DNA of 62,907 nt, filler included, from Chiloscyllium plagiosum (lineage: Eukaryota), in NCBI RefSeq assembly GCF_004010195.1. It is 4 parts of one record of this genome, joined end to end, with 100 filler letters (N's around TTAATTAATTAA, not from the genome) between each part and the next. Parts side by side here need not be neighbours in the genome. Positions count along the whole stretch, not along the records: positions 37,049 to 59,190 come from NC_057713.1; positions 59,291 to 62,907 come from NC_057713.1; 2 more parts are not named here. One strand, written 5' to 3'. The position numbers and the translations under genes are program-made. The notes under the pieces were generated by a model, which was not told the origin of the DNA, did not search any database, and was given only the letters and a program-made list of their open reading frames with translations. Shown here piece after piece: positions 49,301 through 62,369 of this stretch. How positions within the stretch are numbered: position 1 is the stretch's first letter; every line of letters starts with the position of its first letter.

Positions 49301-49799
49301 AAACTGGCACCTCTCATTGTACTGCTGAAGCAAGAATGCCGTGGACTCTGGGACACACACCCAGTTCATGGACTGCATTAGTATGGAGAGAATGAAGAAC
49401 ATAGAATCCCCACAGTGTGGAACAGGCCCTTCAGCCCAATAGGTCCACACTGACCCTCCAAACAGTAACCCACCCAGACCCATTCCTCTACACTTGCCCT
49501 GACTAGTTGTTTTAAAAAATTCTCAAGGTCAGGTTCGTAGGAGAGTAGTCTGACACAGAACAAACGACCAAGAGGCGAGTCTGCTAGAATATGAGCATTT
49601 TATTCCCCGCAGCGTCGCCACAACCAGGTCTCATACTTACAACGGGTCTGGCTTATACTCACTCTACATGTTACCGGAACTGGGAGCCGTCAGTTCTCGT
49701 AGAGCGGTTGCCAACAACTGATATCAGAGGTTGTCCTTGACTTGGTGTGCTAAGTACCCTAGAGCAACTGCTATCTCCATTGACTTGACTGCGGCCTCC

Positions 49800-50460
49800 A
49801 TTGTGAGCTTATTTTCCCAAGGAGTGAGGGCAAGGCAGGTAGAAGGTGAAAGTGGGTGACACAGCTGTTACTTTTGGTGCGGGTGAGGAGGTGTCCCGAG
49901 TGAGTGAGAAGGCAGCACAGAGGGCATACAGGGTTAGTGGTGTCCAGAGATCGGGTAGGTGAGGGTGAGTGAGGGAAGATGTTGCGGCTAATAGTGAGAG
50001 TGGTAGAGCATGAATCGTGGTGGGGGATGGGTACAGTAGCAGAGATAGAGTGAGTGTAGGGCATCCGAGAGACCGTGGTGACACTTGCCTGGTGTAACAC
50101 AGGAAGTTGTTGACCTTTGTCCTGTAGTGTTGGACATTCCTCTAGAGGGCTACTTTAACCTGGCGATGGGCAGCCTGGGATTAGGCTGACATGGTCAGGT
50201 ACTGTGACCTCCACTACTGAGGAAGTCCAGGATTGGCACACCCTATCCATCTGGATCTCCAGGCCCCTGCCCACAAAGTGGGGTGCCAATTTTGCCCTGT
50301 CTGCCATGCCCAGGACAAATGCCAAGAATTGTACAGGGCAGCTCTGGACTGACAGTGTTTGTCTGGTTACCTTTTAAAGATGAGGCAGACACAAGGGATG
50401 CCGGTGAATTCTGGGATCTCCACTGAGTGGGATGTATTTCCAGGAACAGCACATGCAGTA
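49800..50460 (-). mobile_element. Possible Harbinger Myb/SANT-like gene relic, second copy
   Basis: Minus strand ..RNVQHYRTKVNNFL.. resembles a QCRKKxNDL motif; shares GTGAGGAGGTGTCCYGAGT..GGCAGCACAGA with 28020-28060. Confidence 0.35.
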
Positions 50461-51757
50461 GAAAACAGATGTGAGAAATGATGTAGTGTGTATAGGTAAT
50501 TAATTAAGTGCATTTGATAAGATGCAGTGTGTAACTATGTCGGGCCCAGTGGAGAGAAATCCTCCAAAAAAACCCAGCACAATTTGGACTGAGCCAAAAA
50601 TATGCAAGATTTGGCCCATTATCTGTCTTACTGATGTAACAAGATTGTTATCATGCAATAAGCTATATTTGGTTTAAGACAAAAGCCCCTTCCTGTTAGG
50701 TTCACTTGCAGATTTCCTCTACCACTTTAGACCAAATAGACCTTGTGGACCAAGTCAGCAAAGGGTATTGTGGCTGGTATCTGCCTAACGACACATTCAA
50801 AAATCACACGACACCAGGTGGACTAAAGCCCCTCGTATCATGTGATTTTTGACCTTGACAAATCCACTCCAACACTGGAACGTCCACATCCAAATACACA
50901 TTGGCAGTATTTGCACCATCTTGAGAATAGCAGAATTAAAGAGTCTGTTATACCAGCAGTGCCTTTACCCTTTAATCGGTTTGAATCGCTGTTTACATTA
51001 ATTTCAACACTGGGTTGCAAGTCAAAGTAATGACTCCAATTCCTAGCTAAAATATGAAACAAGCACACAGGGCATATCAGAAACAAAGCATGCACTGCAG
51101 TACCAACATTTGGACAATAAGTGTCACTCATGTGCTTTATGTAAAGTTGATTATGGGCAGCCTGTGGGTTGCGAATGTGTTCCATTCTGATGTCTGTTCA
51201 CAAATCAGAATAATATGCAGGCCAATGGAAAGGAGCTGTTCACAAGTACAGGAAATGCTTGTAATTCAGATAATTAAAATTGAACCCTGTTTGCGATTAC
51301 GTTTGTAAGTTGGGCATTCATCAATCAGGGACATCATGTACTTGTGACAGAAATACTAACATCCAACCAGCAGCCCAGAGGTTTCCTCCAATGCTCCTCA
51401 CATGCAGAATGAAGCCAAAGCATTAGACAGTATGTCGAAAAATGGATAATGGATAACAGTAAGAACAGAATATGAGTGGACGGAGTTGTTGACTCATGTC
51501 TAGCACTGTGTATGTAACAACCGGGGGGGCACAAGTTTCCATTAACCCATCATAAGACATAGCAGCAAAAGCAACTCATTCAGCCCATTGAATCTGCACT
51601 GCCATTCTATGAGATTATGGCTGGCCTGATAATCCTCAACTCCACCATCTGTCTTTCCCCTATAATCCTTGATTCCCTTAATTGCAATGCTTTATTTTAC
51701 TAAAGGTGGCTTAATCATGAAATAATCATGAAATTGCATTAACCAAACATTTTACTC

Positions 51758-53990
51758 TGTGTATGATATTACCTGTGTGTGATATTACTGTGTGTGATAT
51801 TACCTATGTGTGATAACACTTGTTTGTGATATTACCAATGTGTGATAATACCCATGTATGATATTACCAGTGTGTGAGATGACTGTATGTGATATTACTG
51901 TGTGTGATATTACCCGTGTGTGATATTACTAATGTATGATATTACCAATGCGTGATATGACTATATGTGTTATTACTGTGTGTGATATTACCCAATGTGT
52001 GATATTACTGTGTGTGATATTACCCGTGTATGATATTACTAATGTATGATATTACCAATGCGTGATATGACTATATGTGTTATTACTGTGTGTGATATTA
52101 CCCAATGTGTGATATTACTGTGTGTGATATTACCCGTGTATGATATTACTAATGTATGATATTACCAATGCGTGATATGACTATATGTGTTATTACTGTG
52201 TGTGATATTACCCAATGTGTGATATTACTGTGTGTGATATTACCCGTGTGTGATATTACCCGTGTGTGATATTACCCGTGTGTGATATTACCCGTGTGTG
52301 ATATTACCCGTGTGTGATATTACCCGTGTGTGATATTACCCGTGTGTGATATTACCCGTGTGTGATATTACCCGTGTGTGATATTACCCGTGTGTGATAT
52401 TACNNNNNNNNNNNNNNNNNNNNNNNNNNNNNNNNNNNNNNNNNNNNNNNNNNNNNNNNNNNNNNNNNNNNNNNNNNNNNNNNNNNNNNNNNNNNNNNNN
52501 NNNNNNNNNNNNNNNNNNNNNNNNNNNNNNNNNNNNNNNNNNNNNNNNNNNNNNNNNNNNNNNNNNNNNNNNNNNNNNNNNNNNNNNNNNNNNNNNNNNN
52601 NNNNNNNNNNNNNNNNNNNNNNNNNNNNNNNNNNNNNNNNNNNNNNNNNNNNNNNNNNNNNNNNNNNNNNNNNNNNNNNNNNNNNNNNNNNNNNNNNNNN
52701 NNNNNNNNNNNNNNNNNNNNNNNNNNNNNNNNNNNNNNNNNNNNNNNNNNNNNNNNNNNNNNNNNNNNNNNNNNNNNNNNNNNNNNNNNNNNNNNNNNNN
52801 NNNNNNNNNNNNNNNNNNNNNNNNNNNNNNNNNNNNNNNNNNNNNNNNNNNNNNNNNNNNNNNNNNNNNNNNNNNNNNNNNNNNNNNNNNNNNNNNNNNN
52901 NNNNNNNNNNNNNNNNNNNNNNNNNNNNNNNNNNNNNNNNNNNNGTGTGTGATATTACCAATGAGTGATATGACTATATGTAATATTACTGTGTGTGATA
53001 TTACTGTGTGTGATATTACCCGTGTGTGATATTACTAATGTATGATATTACCAATGCGTGATATGACTATATGTGTTATTGCTGTGTGTGATATTACCCA
53101 TGTGTGATATTATTGTGTGTGATATTACCAATGAGTGATGTGACTATATGTAATATTACTGTGTGTGATATTACTGTGTGTGATATTACCCGTGTGTGCT
53201 ATTACCAATGCGTGATATGACTATATGTGTTATTGCTGTGTGTGATATTACCCATGTGTGATATTATTGTGTGTGATATTACCAATGAGTGATGTGACTA
53301 TATGTAATATTACTGTGTGTGATATTACTGTGTGTGATATTACCCATGTGTGATATTATTGTGTGTGATATTACCAATGAGTGATGTGACTATATGTAAT
53401 ATTACTGTGTGTGATATTACTGTGTGTGATATTACCCGTGTGTGCTATTACCAATGTGTGATATTACCATGTGTGATATTACTGTGTGTGATATTACCCG
53501 TGTGTGCTATTACCAATGTGTGATATTACCATGTGTGATATTACTGTGTGTGATATTACCCGTGTGTGCTATTACCAATGTGTGATATTACCATGTGTGA
53601 TATTACTGTGTGTGATATTACCCATGTGTGATATTATTGTGTGTGATATTACCAATGAGTGATGTGACTATATGTAATATTACTGTGTGTGATATTACTG
53701 TGTGATATTACTCGTGTGATATTACCAATGTGTAATATTACTGTGTGTGATATTACTGTGTGATATTACCCGTGTGATATTACCATGTGTGATATTACTG
53801 TGTGTGATATTACCTGTGTGTGACATTATCAATGTGTGAGATGACTATATGTGATATTACTGTGTGTGATATTACCCATGTGTGATATTATTGTGTGTGA
53901 TATTACCAATGAGTGATGTGACTATATGTAATATTACTGTGTGTGATATTACTCGTGTGTGATATTACCAATGTGTGATTGACTGTATGT
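51758..53990. repeat. 14-17-bp minisatellite with an internal gap
   Basis: Core GTGTGTGATATTAC(CC); homogeneous 16-mer next to the gap, variant higher-order blocks elsewhere. Confidence 0.97.
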
Positions 53991-54869
53991 GCTCAGGTTG
54001 ATCAGGTGTATGGGTGGGCTACTTGCTCCCATGTCAGATTGTTGGTCCCAGGTTTTCCTGCTGCGCACAGCCTTAGTCTTCCTTTCATGCTTCTTTCTTC
54101 ATGTGTGACCACAGTTGCTGGTTTTTGTCTACTCAGTGGTATTGTTTTGTTGATGAAATCATCTCTCGGGCGTCTCCTGCTCAATGATTAATTCGTCTCC
54201 TGTGGCAGTCTTCCAAACTGGACAAATGGACCTGACCTCATCGTGAGGACACCGCCTGCTCCAAAGGTGAGTTAGAAAGTACACTCAAAGCAAGCCAAGG
54301 ATGCAGATGGGGCAATAGCAAGTTGTTCCGAGCAATGAAGGGGGTTATACATGGTAGTGGTTAAATGTTTTAAAGAACAGGCTACCATTAAAATAGTAGG
54401 CCTATAGCAGAGGAGCTGAAAGGCTGTGTGATGAAGCTCTCCAAGAATGTGAGAGTAAAGTTCTTCAAATTGATTTGCTGAAGAATAAGGAATCAATGGA
54501 TTTTGTCCAGAGATGCCAGTACCTTGCGTTTATTCCAGGTATAGATATATAAGGGTTGCTGGATACATCTGGTGATAGAGTGAGACTTCAGGAAGTCAAG
54601 AAAGGAGTGTCATGGTCTAGATTCAATTCTTTCCTTTTCTTCAAAAAGAAGATAACATGTCAATTGACCTGCCTGTGCCCTTCATGATATTGGTGTCCTT
54701 ATTGACACTATGACTAAAAGAATTGATCCCAGACCAGGTGCGGTCACAGGAACAAAACGTTTGGACAATGAAGTCCCCAACATGTCATTACCACAGGTGG
54801 AATTTCCCTTCCTCTATCCACCAAGGTAGCACAGGTCACTGATCCCCTTCTAACCTACACGAGTAACAC

Positions 54870-55292
54870 AGGGCATCCCAAAGCACTTTATAGCCAATAA
54901 TGCGCTCTTTAAATATGATCACTGTTATATGTATGAAACGTGACAGGCAATTTGTACATTGCAAGATCCTTTGAACAGCCACATATATTTAACAACCATT
55001 TGATTTATTTTGTCATATTGTTTGAGGGATTAATATTTGCCAAGATTCCTGAATTAATTTCCTTACTTTTATTCAACATAGCAACATAGATCTTTTCCAA
55101 CCACATGCAAGAGCAGGTAGAGGGCACTGCTTTAGTACTTCAGCCAAAAGGCAACACCAGCAATAGTGCAGAGCGCCTTCATAAGAGCTACCGTGGAATG
55201 TGGCGAAGGTTTTGGTGCTCAACTGTCTGAAGTGGAACTTGAGCTTGTAATCTATTGACTCAGAGGTGAGGGAGATATAATCACTGCACCAT
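54870..55292 (-). mobile_element. Old Deu-domain SINE (SacSINE1-like), near full length
   Basis: tRNA-like head at about 55230-55292; CATCCCAAAGCACTTTATAGCCAAT tail; TGAGGGATTAATATTTGCCA core related to 23700-24745. Confidence 0.65.
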
Positions 55293-55814
55293 AGCATTTG
55301 CCCAGTGGGAATAAAGATTTTATATCCATGGTAACTTGGATCATTTCAAGCCTGACACTCTACTGGAAGCACGTGCTTCCATTGCACCTTAACAACTTAA
55401 CATTCACCCAGATACCGCAATGTCTGAGGAATAAAATGTTTGTACATAATTGATAGTTATAATAAAAGTCTGTTAGATTCTTCAATACCACAATATCTAC
55501 TCCAAATTTCTTAGATTACAGGAGCATTAACATGAGCATTGCCATATTAGGTAAAACATCCTGTTCGAAGCAAATTCACAGCATGATAGAAACATTGGCT
55601 GTCTGCAGAATATCTTGGTGAAAAGTAATAGAAGATCAAACAAACAATAGCTTTGAACTACGACACGTTAGTAGGAAGGCAGCAGAGTAAAATGTTCAAG
55701 CCAAAGCTCCTCTGGTCTGCTTCTTTCTTTCTTTTCTTTTTCTTTCAATCTTCTCATTTCTGCAGTCTTTTCCCCAAACTTTTAACTTCTAAAACTTACC
55801 AGGAGGGAACAGCG

Positions 55815-58800
55815 GAGACGGCTCCCAGACTGGAGGCCGTCGCTGGTGAGCCGAGACCAGGCCAGCACAGGAGGCACGTCCTGGGGGTGAGTCCCAGACT
55901 GAAGGCAATGTGGGGAGGCGAGACCCGACCCGGAAGCCAGGGTGGGGAAGTGAGTCCCTGACCAGAGCCCATGGTGGGGAGATGATTCCCAGACTGGAGG
56001 CCATGGTGGGGAGGCGAGTCCCAGACCAGAGCCCATGGTGGGGAGGAGAGTCGCAAACTGGAGCCCATGGTGGGGAGGTGAGTCCCAGACTGGAGGCCAT
56101 GGTGGGGAGGAGAGTCCCAGACTGGAGGCCATGGCGGGGGGTGAGTCCCAGACCAGAGCCAATGGTGGGGATGTGAGTCCCAGACTGGAGACCATGGTGG
56201 GGAGGCGAGTCCCAGACCAGAGCCAATGGTGGGGAGGTGAGTCCCAGACTGGAGTCCCTGGTGAGGAGGCAAGTCCCAGACTGGAGGCCATGGTGGGGAG
56301 GTAAGTCCCAGACCAGAGCCCATAGTGGGGAGGCGAGTCCCAGACTGGAGGCCACGGAGGAGAGATGAGACCCAGACTGGAGGCCATGGTGGGGAGGTGA
56401 GTCCCTGATCGGAGGCCATGGTGGGGAGGTGAGTCCCAGACTGGAGTCCCTGGTGAGGAGGCAAGTCCCAGACCAGAGCCCATGGTGGGGAGGCGAGTCC
56501 CAGATGGAGGCCATGGTGAGGAGGTGAGTCCCAGACTGGAGGCCACGGGGGGAGATGAGTCCCAGACTGGAGGCCATGATGGGGATGTGAGNNNNNNNNN
56601 NNNNNNNNNNNNNNNNNNNNNNNNNNNNNNNNNNNNNNNNNNNNNNNNNNNNNNNNNNNNNNNNNNNNNNNNNNNNNNNNNNNNNNNNNNNNNNNNNNNN
56701 NNNNNNNNNNNNNNNNNNNNNNNNNNNNNNNNNNNNNNNNNNNNNNNNNNNNNNNNNNNNNNNNNNNNNNNNNNNNNNNNNNNNNNNNNNNNNNNNNNNN
56801 NNNNNNNNNNNNNNNNNNNNNNNNNNNNNNNNNNNNNNNNNNNNNNNNNNNNNNNNNNNNNNNNNNNNNNNNNNNNNNNNNNNNNNNNNNNNNNNNNNNN
56901 NNNNNNNNNNNNNNNNNNNNNNNNNNNNNNNNNNNNNNNNNNNNNNNNNNNNNNNNNNNNNNNNNNNNNNNNNNNNNNNNNNNNNNNNNNNNNNNNGGAG
57001 GCCATGGTGGGGAGGTGATTCCCAGACCGGAGGCCATGGTGGGGAGATGAGTCCCAGACTGGAGTCCCTGGTGAGGAGGCAAGTCCCAGACCGGAGGCCA
57101 TGGCGGGGGGGTGAGTCCCAGACTGGAGGCCATGGTGGGGAGGTGAGTCCCAGACCAGAGCCCATAGTGGGGAGGTGAGTCCCAGACCAGAGCCCATGGT
57201 GGGGAGGCGAGTCCCAGACTGGAGGCCACGGAGGAGAGATGAGTCCCTGATCGGAGGCCATGGTGGGGAGGTGATTCCCAGACCGGAGGCCATGGTGGGG
57301 AGATGAGTCCCAGACTGGAGTCCCTGGTGAGGAGGCAAGTCCCAGACTGGAGGCCATGGTGGTGAGGTGCGTCCCAAACTGGAGGCCATGGTGGGGAGGT
57401 GAGTCCCAGACCAGAGCCCATGGTGGGGAGGCGAGTCCCAGACTGGAGGCCACGGAGGAGAGATGAGACCCAGACTGGAGGCCATGGTGGGGAGGTGATT
57501 CCCAGACCTGAGGCCATGGTGGGGAGGTGCGTCCCTGATCGGAGGCCATGGTGGGGAGGTGAGTCCCAGACTGGAGCCCATGGTGCTGATGTGAGTCCCA
57601 GACCAGAGCCCATGGAGGGGAGGGGAGTCCCAGACCAGAGCCCATGGTGGGGAGGTGAGTCCCAGACTGGAGGCCATGGTGAGGAGGTGAGACCCAGACT
57701 GGAGGCCATGGTGGGGAGGAGAGTCCCAGACCAGAGCCCATGGTGGGGAGGCGAAACACAGACTGGAGGCCATGGTGGGGAAATGAGTCCCAGACTGGAG
57801 GCCATGATGGGAAGGTAAGTCCCAGACCGGAGGCTATGGTGGGGAGGTGTGATCCAGACCAGAGCCCATGGTGGGGAGGCGAGTCCCAGATGGAGGCCAT
57901 GGTGAGGAGGTGAGTCCCAGCCTGGACGCCATGGTGGGTAGGCAAGTCCCAGACTGGAGGCCATGGTGAAGAGGTGAGTCCCAGACTGGAGGCAATGGTG
58001 GGGAGGTGAGATCCAGACCAGAGCCCATGGTGGGGAGGCGAGTCCCAGATGGAGGCAATGGTGAGGAGGTGATTCCCAGACTGGAGGCCATGGTGGGGAG
58101 GTGAGTCCCAGACTGGAGGCCATGGTGGGGAGGTGAGTCCCAGACTGGAGGCCATGGTGGGGAGGTAAATCCCAGGCCAGAGGCCATGGTGGGGAGGTGG
58201 GTCCCAGACTGGAGGCCACGGAGGGGAGATGAGTCCCAGACTGGAGGCCATGGTGGGGAGGTGAGTCCCAGACTGGAGGCCATGGTGGGGAGGTACGTCC
58301 CAGGCCAGAGGCCATGGTGGGGAGGTAAGTCCCAGACTGGAGGCCNNNNNNNNNNNNNNNNNNNNNNNNNNNNNNNNNNNNNNNNNNNNNGGTAAGTCCC
58401 AGGCCGGAGGCCATGGTGGGGAGGGGAGATGAGTCCCAGACTGGAGGCCACGGCGGGGAGGTGACTCCCAGACTGGAGGCCATGGTGAGGAGGTATGTCC
58501 CAGACTGGAGGCCATGGTGGGGAGGTGAGTCCCAGACTGGAGGCCATGGTGGGGAGGTGAGTGCCAGACTGGAGGCCATGGTGGGAAGGTAAGTCCCAGG
58601 CCGGAGGCCATGGTGAGGAGGTGAGTCCCAGTCTGGAGGCCATGGTGGGGAGGTGAGTTCCAGGCCGGAGGCCATGATGAGGAGGTGAGTCCCAGACTGG
58701 AGGCCATGGTGGGGAGGCAGTCCCAGACCAGATCCCATGGTGGGGAGGCAGTCCCAGACCAGAGCCCATTGCGGTAGGCGAGTCCCAGACCAGAGCCCAT

Positions 58801-59190
58801 GGTGGGGAGGCGAAACACAGACTGGAGGCCATGGTGGGGAGGTGAGTCCCAGACTGGAGGCCATGGTGGGGAGGTGAGTCCCAGACTGGAGGCCATGTTG
58901 GGGATGCGAGTCCCAGACTGGAGGCAATGGTGGGGAGGTGAGTCCCAGACTGGAGGCCATGGTGAGGAGGTGAGTCCCAGACTGAAGGCCATGGTGGGGA
59001 GGTGAGTCCCAGACTGAAGGCCATGGTGGGGAGGTGAGTCCCAGACTGAAGGCCATGGTGGGGAGGTGAGTCCCAGACTGAAGGCCATGGTGGGGAGGTG
59101 AGTCCCAGACTGAAGGCCATGGTGGGGAGGTGAGTCCCAGACTGAAGGCCATGGTGGGGAGGTGAGTCCCAGACTGGAGGCCATGGTGGG
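55815..59190. repeat. 32-bp G-rich minisatellite, roughly 90 sequenced units, with gaps
   Basis: Consensus GTGAGTCCCAGACTGGAGGCCATGGTGGGGAG. Confidence 0.97.
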
Positions 59191-59290
59191 NNNNNNNNNN
59201 NNNNNNNNNNNNNNNNNNNNNNNNNNNNNNNNNNTTAATTAATTAANNNNNNNNNNNNNNNNNNNNNNNNNNNNNNNNNNNNNNNNNNNN
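59191..59290. other. Artificial 100-bp scaffold joiner
   Basis: 44 N + TTAATTAATTAA + 44 N. Confidence 0.95.
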
Positions 59291-59507
59291 CCACTACAGC
59301 GGACAGCTGAAACTGACAACCGGAAGCGGCAGGGACAGGCCACTATAAATGCCGGAGGAAACACCACAGAAGCGCTTCACAGGAGGCTCCCAAGCACTGA
59401 GGATGTCACCTAGACAGGGGACGAAACGTTTGCAACAAAAACTTCCAGCTCGGCGAACAGAATCACAGCAACGAGCACCCGAGCTACAAATCTTCGCACA
59501 AACTTTA
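59291..59507 (+). mobile_element. Penelope 3' terminus, same family as 40545-40660
   Basis: CCACTACAGCGGACAGCTGAAACTGACAACCGGAAGCGGCAGGGACAG is the reverse complement of about 40611-40658. Confidence 0.85.
59394..59433 (+). ncRNA. Minimal type I hammerhead ribozyme, second family
   Basis: GCA-CTGAGGA-T-GTCACC tagaca GGGGAC-GAAAC-GTT-TGC: stem I GCA/TGC, stem II with one mismatch, GUU triplet. Confidence 0.68.
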
Positions 59508-59859
59508 ACTCTCTAGTTATTTAGACTTTAATGACTCCAGTCTCTGTATTATCTGAATGTATAAGGATATCTCATGTCCTCAACCTTTGTGCTATGTATT
59601 ATGATCTTAGGTTAGATAGGGTATTTATGAATTACAAGTTCTCTCTTTGTAATGCTTTGCATTCATACTCTGTGACCTTCTGCAGTAGTCTCATACAGCT
59701 CGAAGTTATAGACTCAGAAAATTCAACAACACGGAGACAGGGACTTCGGCCAAACTGATCCATGTCGACCAAAATGTGCATCAATCCCATCCCCATTTCC
59801 CAGTATTTGGCCCATGTCCATCTAAATCTTTCCTATCCATATATTTGTCTAAGGCTCTG

Positions 59860-60157
59860 TTTAGATTAGATTATTTAGTGTGGAAACAGGCCCTTCGGCC
59901 CAACAAGTCCACACCGATCTGCCGAAGCGCACCCACCCAGACTCATTCCCCTTCATTTACCCCTTCACCTAACACTATGGGCAATCTAGCATGGCCAATT
60001 CACTGAACCTGCACAGTTTTGGACTGTGGAAGGAAATCGGAGCACCCGGAGGAAACCCACACAGATGCGGGGAGAATGTACAAACTCCACACAGTCAGTC
60101 GCCAGAGGCGGGAATTGAACCCGGGTCTCTGGCGCTGCTAACCACTGTGCCATCATG
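59860..60157 (-). mobile_element. HE1-type SINE
   Basis: TTAGATTAGATT tail and GGGAATTGAACCCGGG B box on the minus strand. Confidence 0.87.
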
Positions 60158-60640
60158 CTATCCCATGTTGCGGCTGTACAGGACGTTGTGGAATATTGTG
60201 TGCAATTCTGGTCTCCCTTCTATTGGAAACTTGAAATGGTGCAGAAAAAATATACAAGGATTTGCCATTGTTGCAGGATTTGAGCTACATGCAGAGGCTG
60301 AATAGGCTGGGGCAGTTTTCCCTGGAGCATTGGAGGTTGAGAGGTGACTGTATAGAGGTTTATAAAATCATGAGGGGCATGGATAGGATAAATAGACAAG
60401 ATCTTTCCCTGGGGTGGGCAGTGTAGAGCTTGAGGGCAGAAGTTTATGGTGAGAGGGGAAAGATATAAAAGGGATCTAAGGGGCAACTTTTTCACACAGA
60501 GGGTCATGCGCGTATGAAAGAGCTGTCAGAGGAAGTGGTGGAGGCTGGTTCAATTGCAACATTTAAAAGGCATCTGGATGGGTATATGAATCGGGAAGGG
60601 TTTAGTGGAATACAGGCCAAGTGCTGGCAAATGGGACTAG
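60158..60640 (+). mobile_element. CR1 3' fragment
   Basis: EYCVQFWSP, GNFFTQRV and EEVVEAG motifs. Confidence 0.8.
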
Positions 60641-62368
60641 AGGGGACATGAGAAGTCCATGGCAGACAAGATCGAGCAAAACCCTCAAGCTTCCTATAGG
60701 TACATCAGGAATAAAATAATGAACAGGGAAAGACTAGGGCCAATGAAGGATAGTAGTGGGAAGTTGTGCATGGAGTCCGAGGAGATGGGGAAGTGCTAAA
60801 TGAATATTTTTTGTCAGTATTCACACTGGAAAAAGACAATGTTATTGAGACGAATACTAAGATACAGGCTACTAACTGAGACAGGATTGAGGTTCACGAG
60901 GAGGAGGTGTTAGCAATTCTGGAAAGTATGAAAATCGATAGGTCCCCTGGGCTGGATGGGATTTATCCTACAATTCTCTGGGAAGCCAGGGAGGAGATTG
61001 CAGAGCCTTTGGCTTTTATCTTTTATGTCGTCATTGGGTCTACAGGAATAGTGCCAGAAGACTGGAGGATAGCAAATGTTCTCCCATTGTTCAAGAAGGG
61101 GAGTAGAGACAACCCTTGTAATTATAGACCAGTGATCCTTACTTTGGTTATTGGTAAATGTTTGGTAAAAGGTTGTAAGAGATAGGATTTATAATCTCCA
61201 AGAAAGGAATAAGTTGATTAGGTTTTGTGACAATGGTGGGTTGTAACGTTCTGGAGTTCTTTGAGATGGTGACCAGCAGATGGATGAGGGTAAAGCAGTT
61301 GATATGGTGTATATGGATTTCAGTAAGACATTTGATAAGGTTCCCCACGGTAGGCTATTGCACAAAATATGGAGGCATGAGATTGAGGGTGATTTAGCGG
61401 TTTGGATCAAACATTGGCTAGCTGAAAGAAGACAGAGGATAGTGGTTGAGGGGAAAAGTTCATCCTGGAGTTCAGTTACTTGTGGTATCCAGCAAGGATT
61501 TGTTTTGGGGCCACTGCTATTTGTCATTTTTATAAATGACCTGGATGAGGGCGTAGAGGGATGGAATAGTAAACTTGCAGATGACATTAAGGTTGGTGGA
61601 GTTGTGGATAGTGCTGAAGGATGTCGCAGGTTACAGAGGAACATAGATAAGCTGCAGAGCTGGGCTGAGAGGTGGCAAATGGAATTTAATACAGAAAAGT
61701 GTGAGATGATTCACTTTGGAAGGACCATCAGGGATAAAGAATATTGGGTTAATGGTAAGATTCTTGGTAGTGTAGATGAGCAGAGTGATCTCTGTGTTCA
61801 TGTTCATAGATCCCTAAACGTTGCCACCCAGGTTGATAGGGTTGTTAATAAGGCATATGCATGTTAGGTTTTATTGGTAGAGGGATTGCATTTTGGAGCC
61901 ATGAGGTCATGCTGCAGCTGTATAAAACTCTGGTGCGGCTGCACTTAGAGTATTGCGTACAGTTCTGGTCACTGCATTATAGGAAGGATGTGGAAGCTTT
62001 GGAAAAGTTTCAGAGGAGATTTACTAGGATGTTGCCTGGTATGGAGGGAAGGTCTTACGAGGAAAGGCTGAGAGTCTTTAAGGCTATTTTCGTTAAAGAG
62101 AAGAAGTTTGAGAAGTGACTTAATTGAGACATATAAGATAATCAGAGGATTAGGTAAGGTGGACAGTGAGAGCCTTTTTCCTCAGATGTTGATGGCTCAC
62201 ACGAGGGGACATAGCTTTAAATTGAGGGGTGATAGATATAGGACAGATGTCAGAGGTAGTTTCCTTACTCAGAGTAGTAGGGGCGTGGAACGTACTGCCT
62301 GCATCAGAAGTAGACTTGCCAACTTTAAAGGCATTTAAATGGTCATTAGATAAGCATACGGATGAAAA
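60641..62368 (+). mobile_element. Decayed CR1 ORF2 (RT region), 10286-type subfamily
   Basis: ORFs 60907, 61280, 61861 and 62108 carry consecutive RT motifs separated by frameshifts. Confidence 0.92.
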
Positions 62369-62369
62369 T

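Noticed and set aside
52368..53029. ORFs of about 200 aa
   Set aside because: Almost entirely N-gap translation.
55782..59184. ORFs of 428-1131 aa as a novel Pro/His/Ser-rich gene
   Set aside because: They are translations of a stop-free 32-bp repeat, open in all three frames and padded by N gaps.
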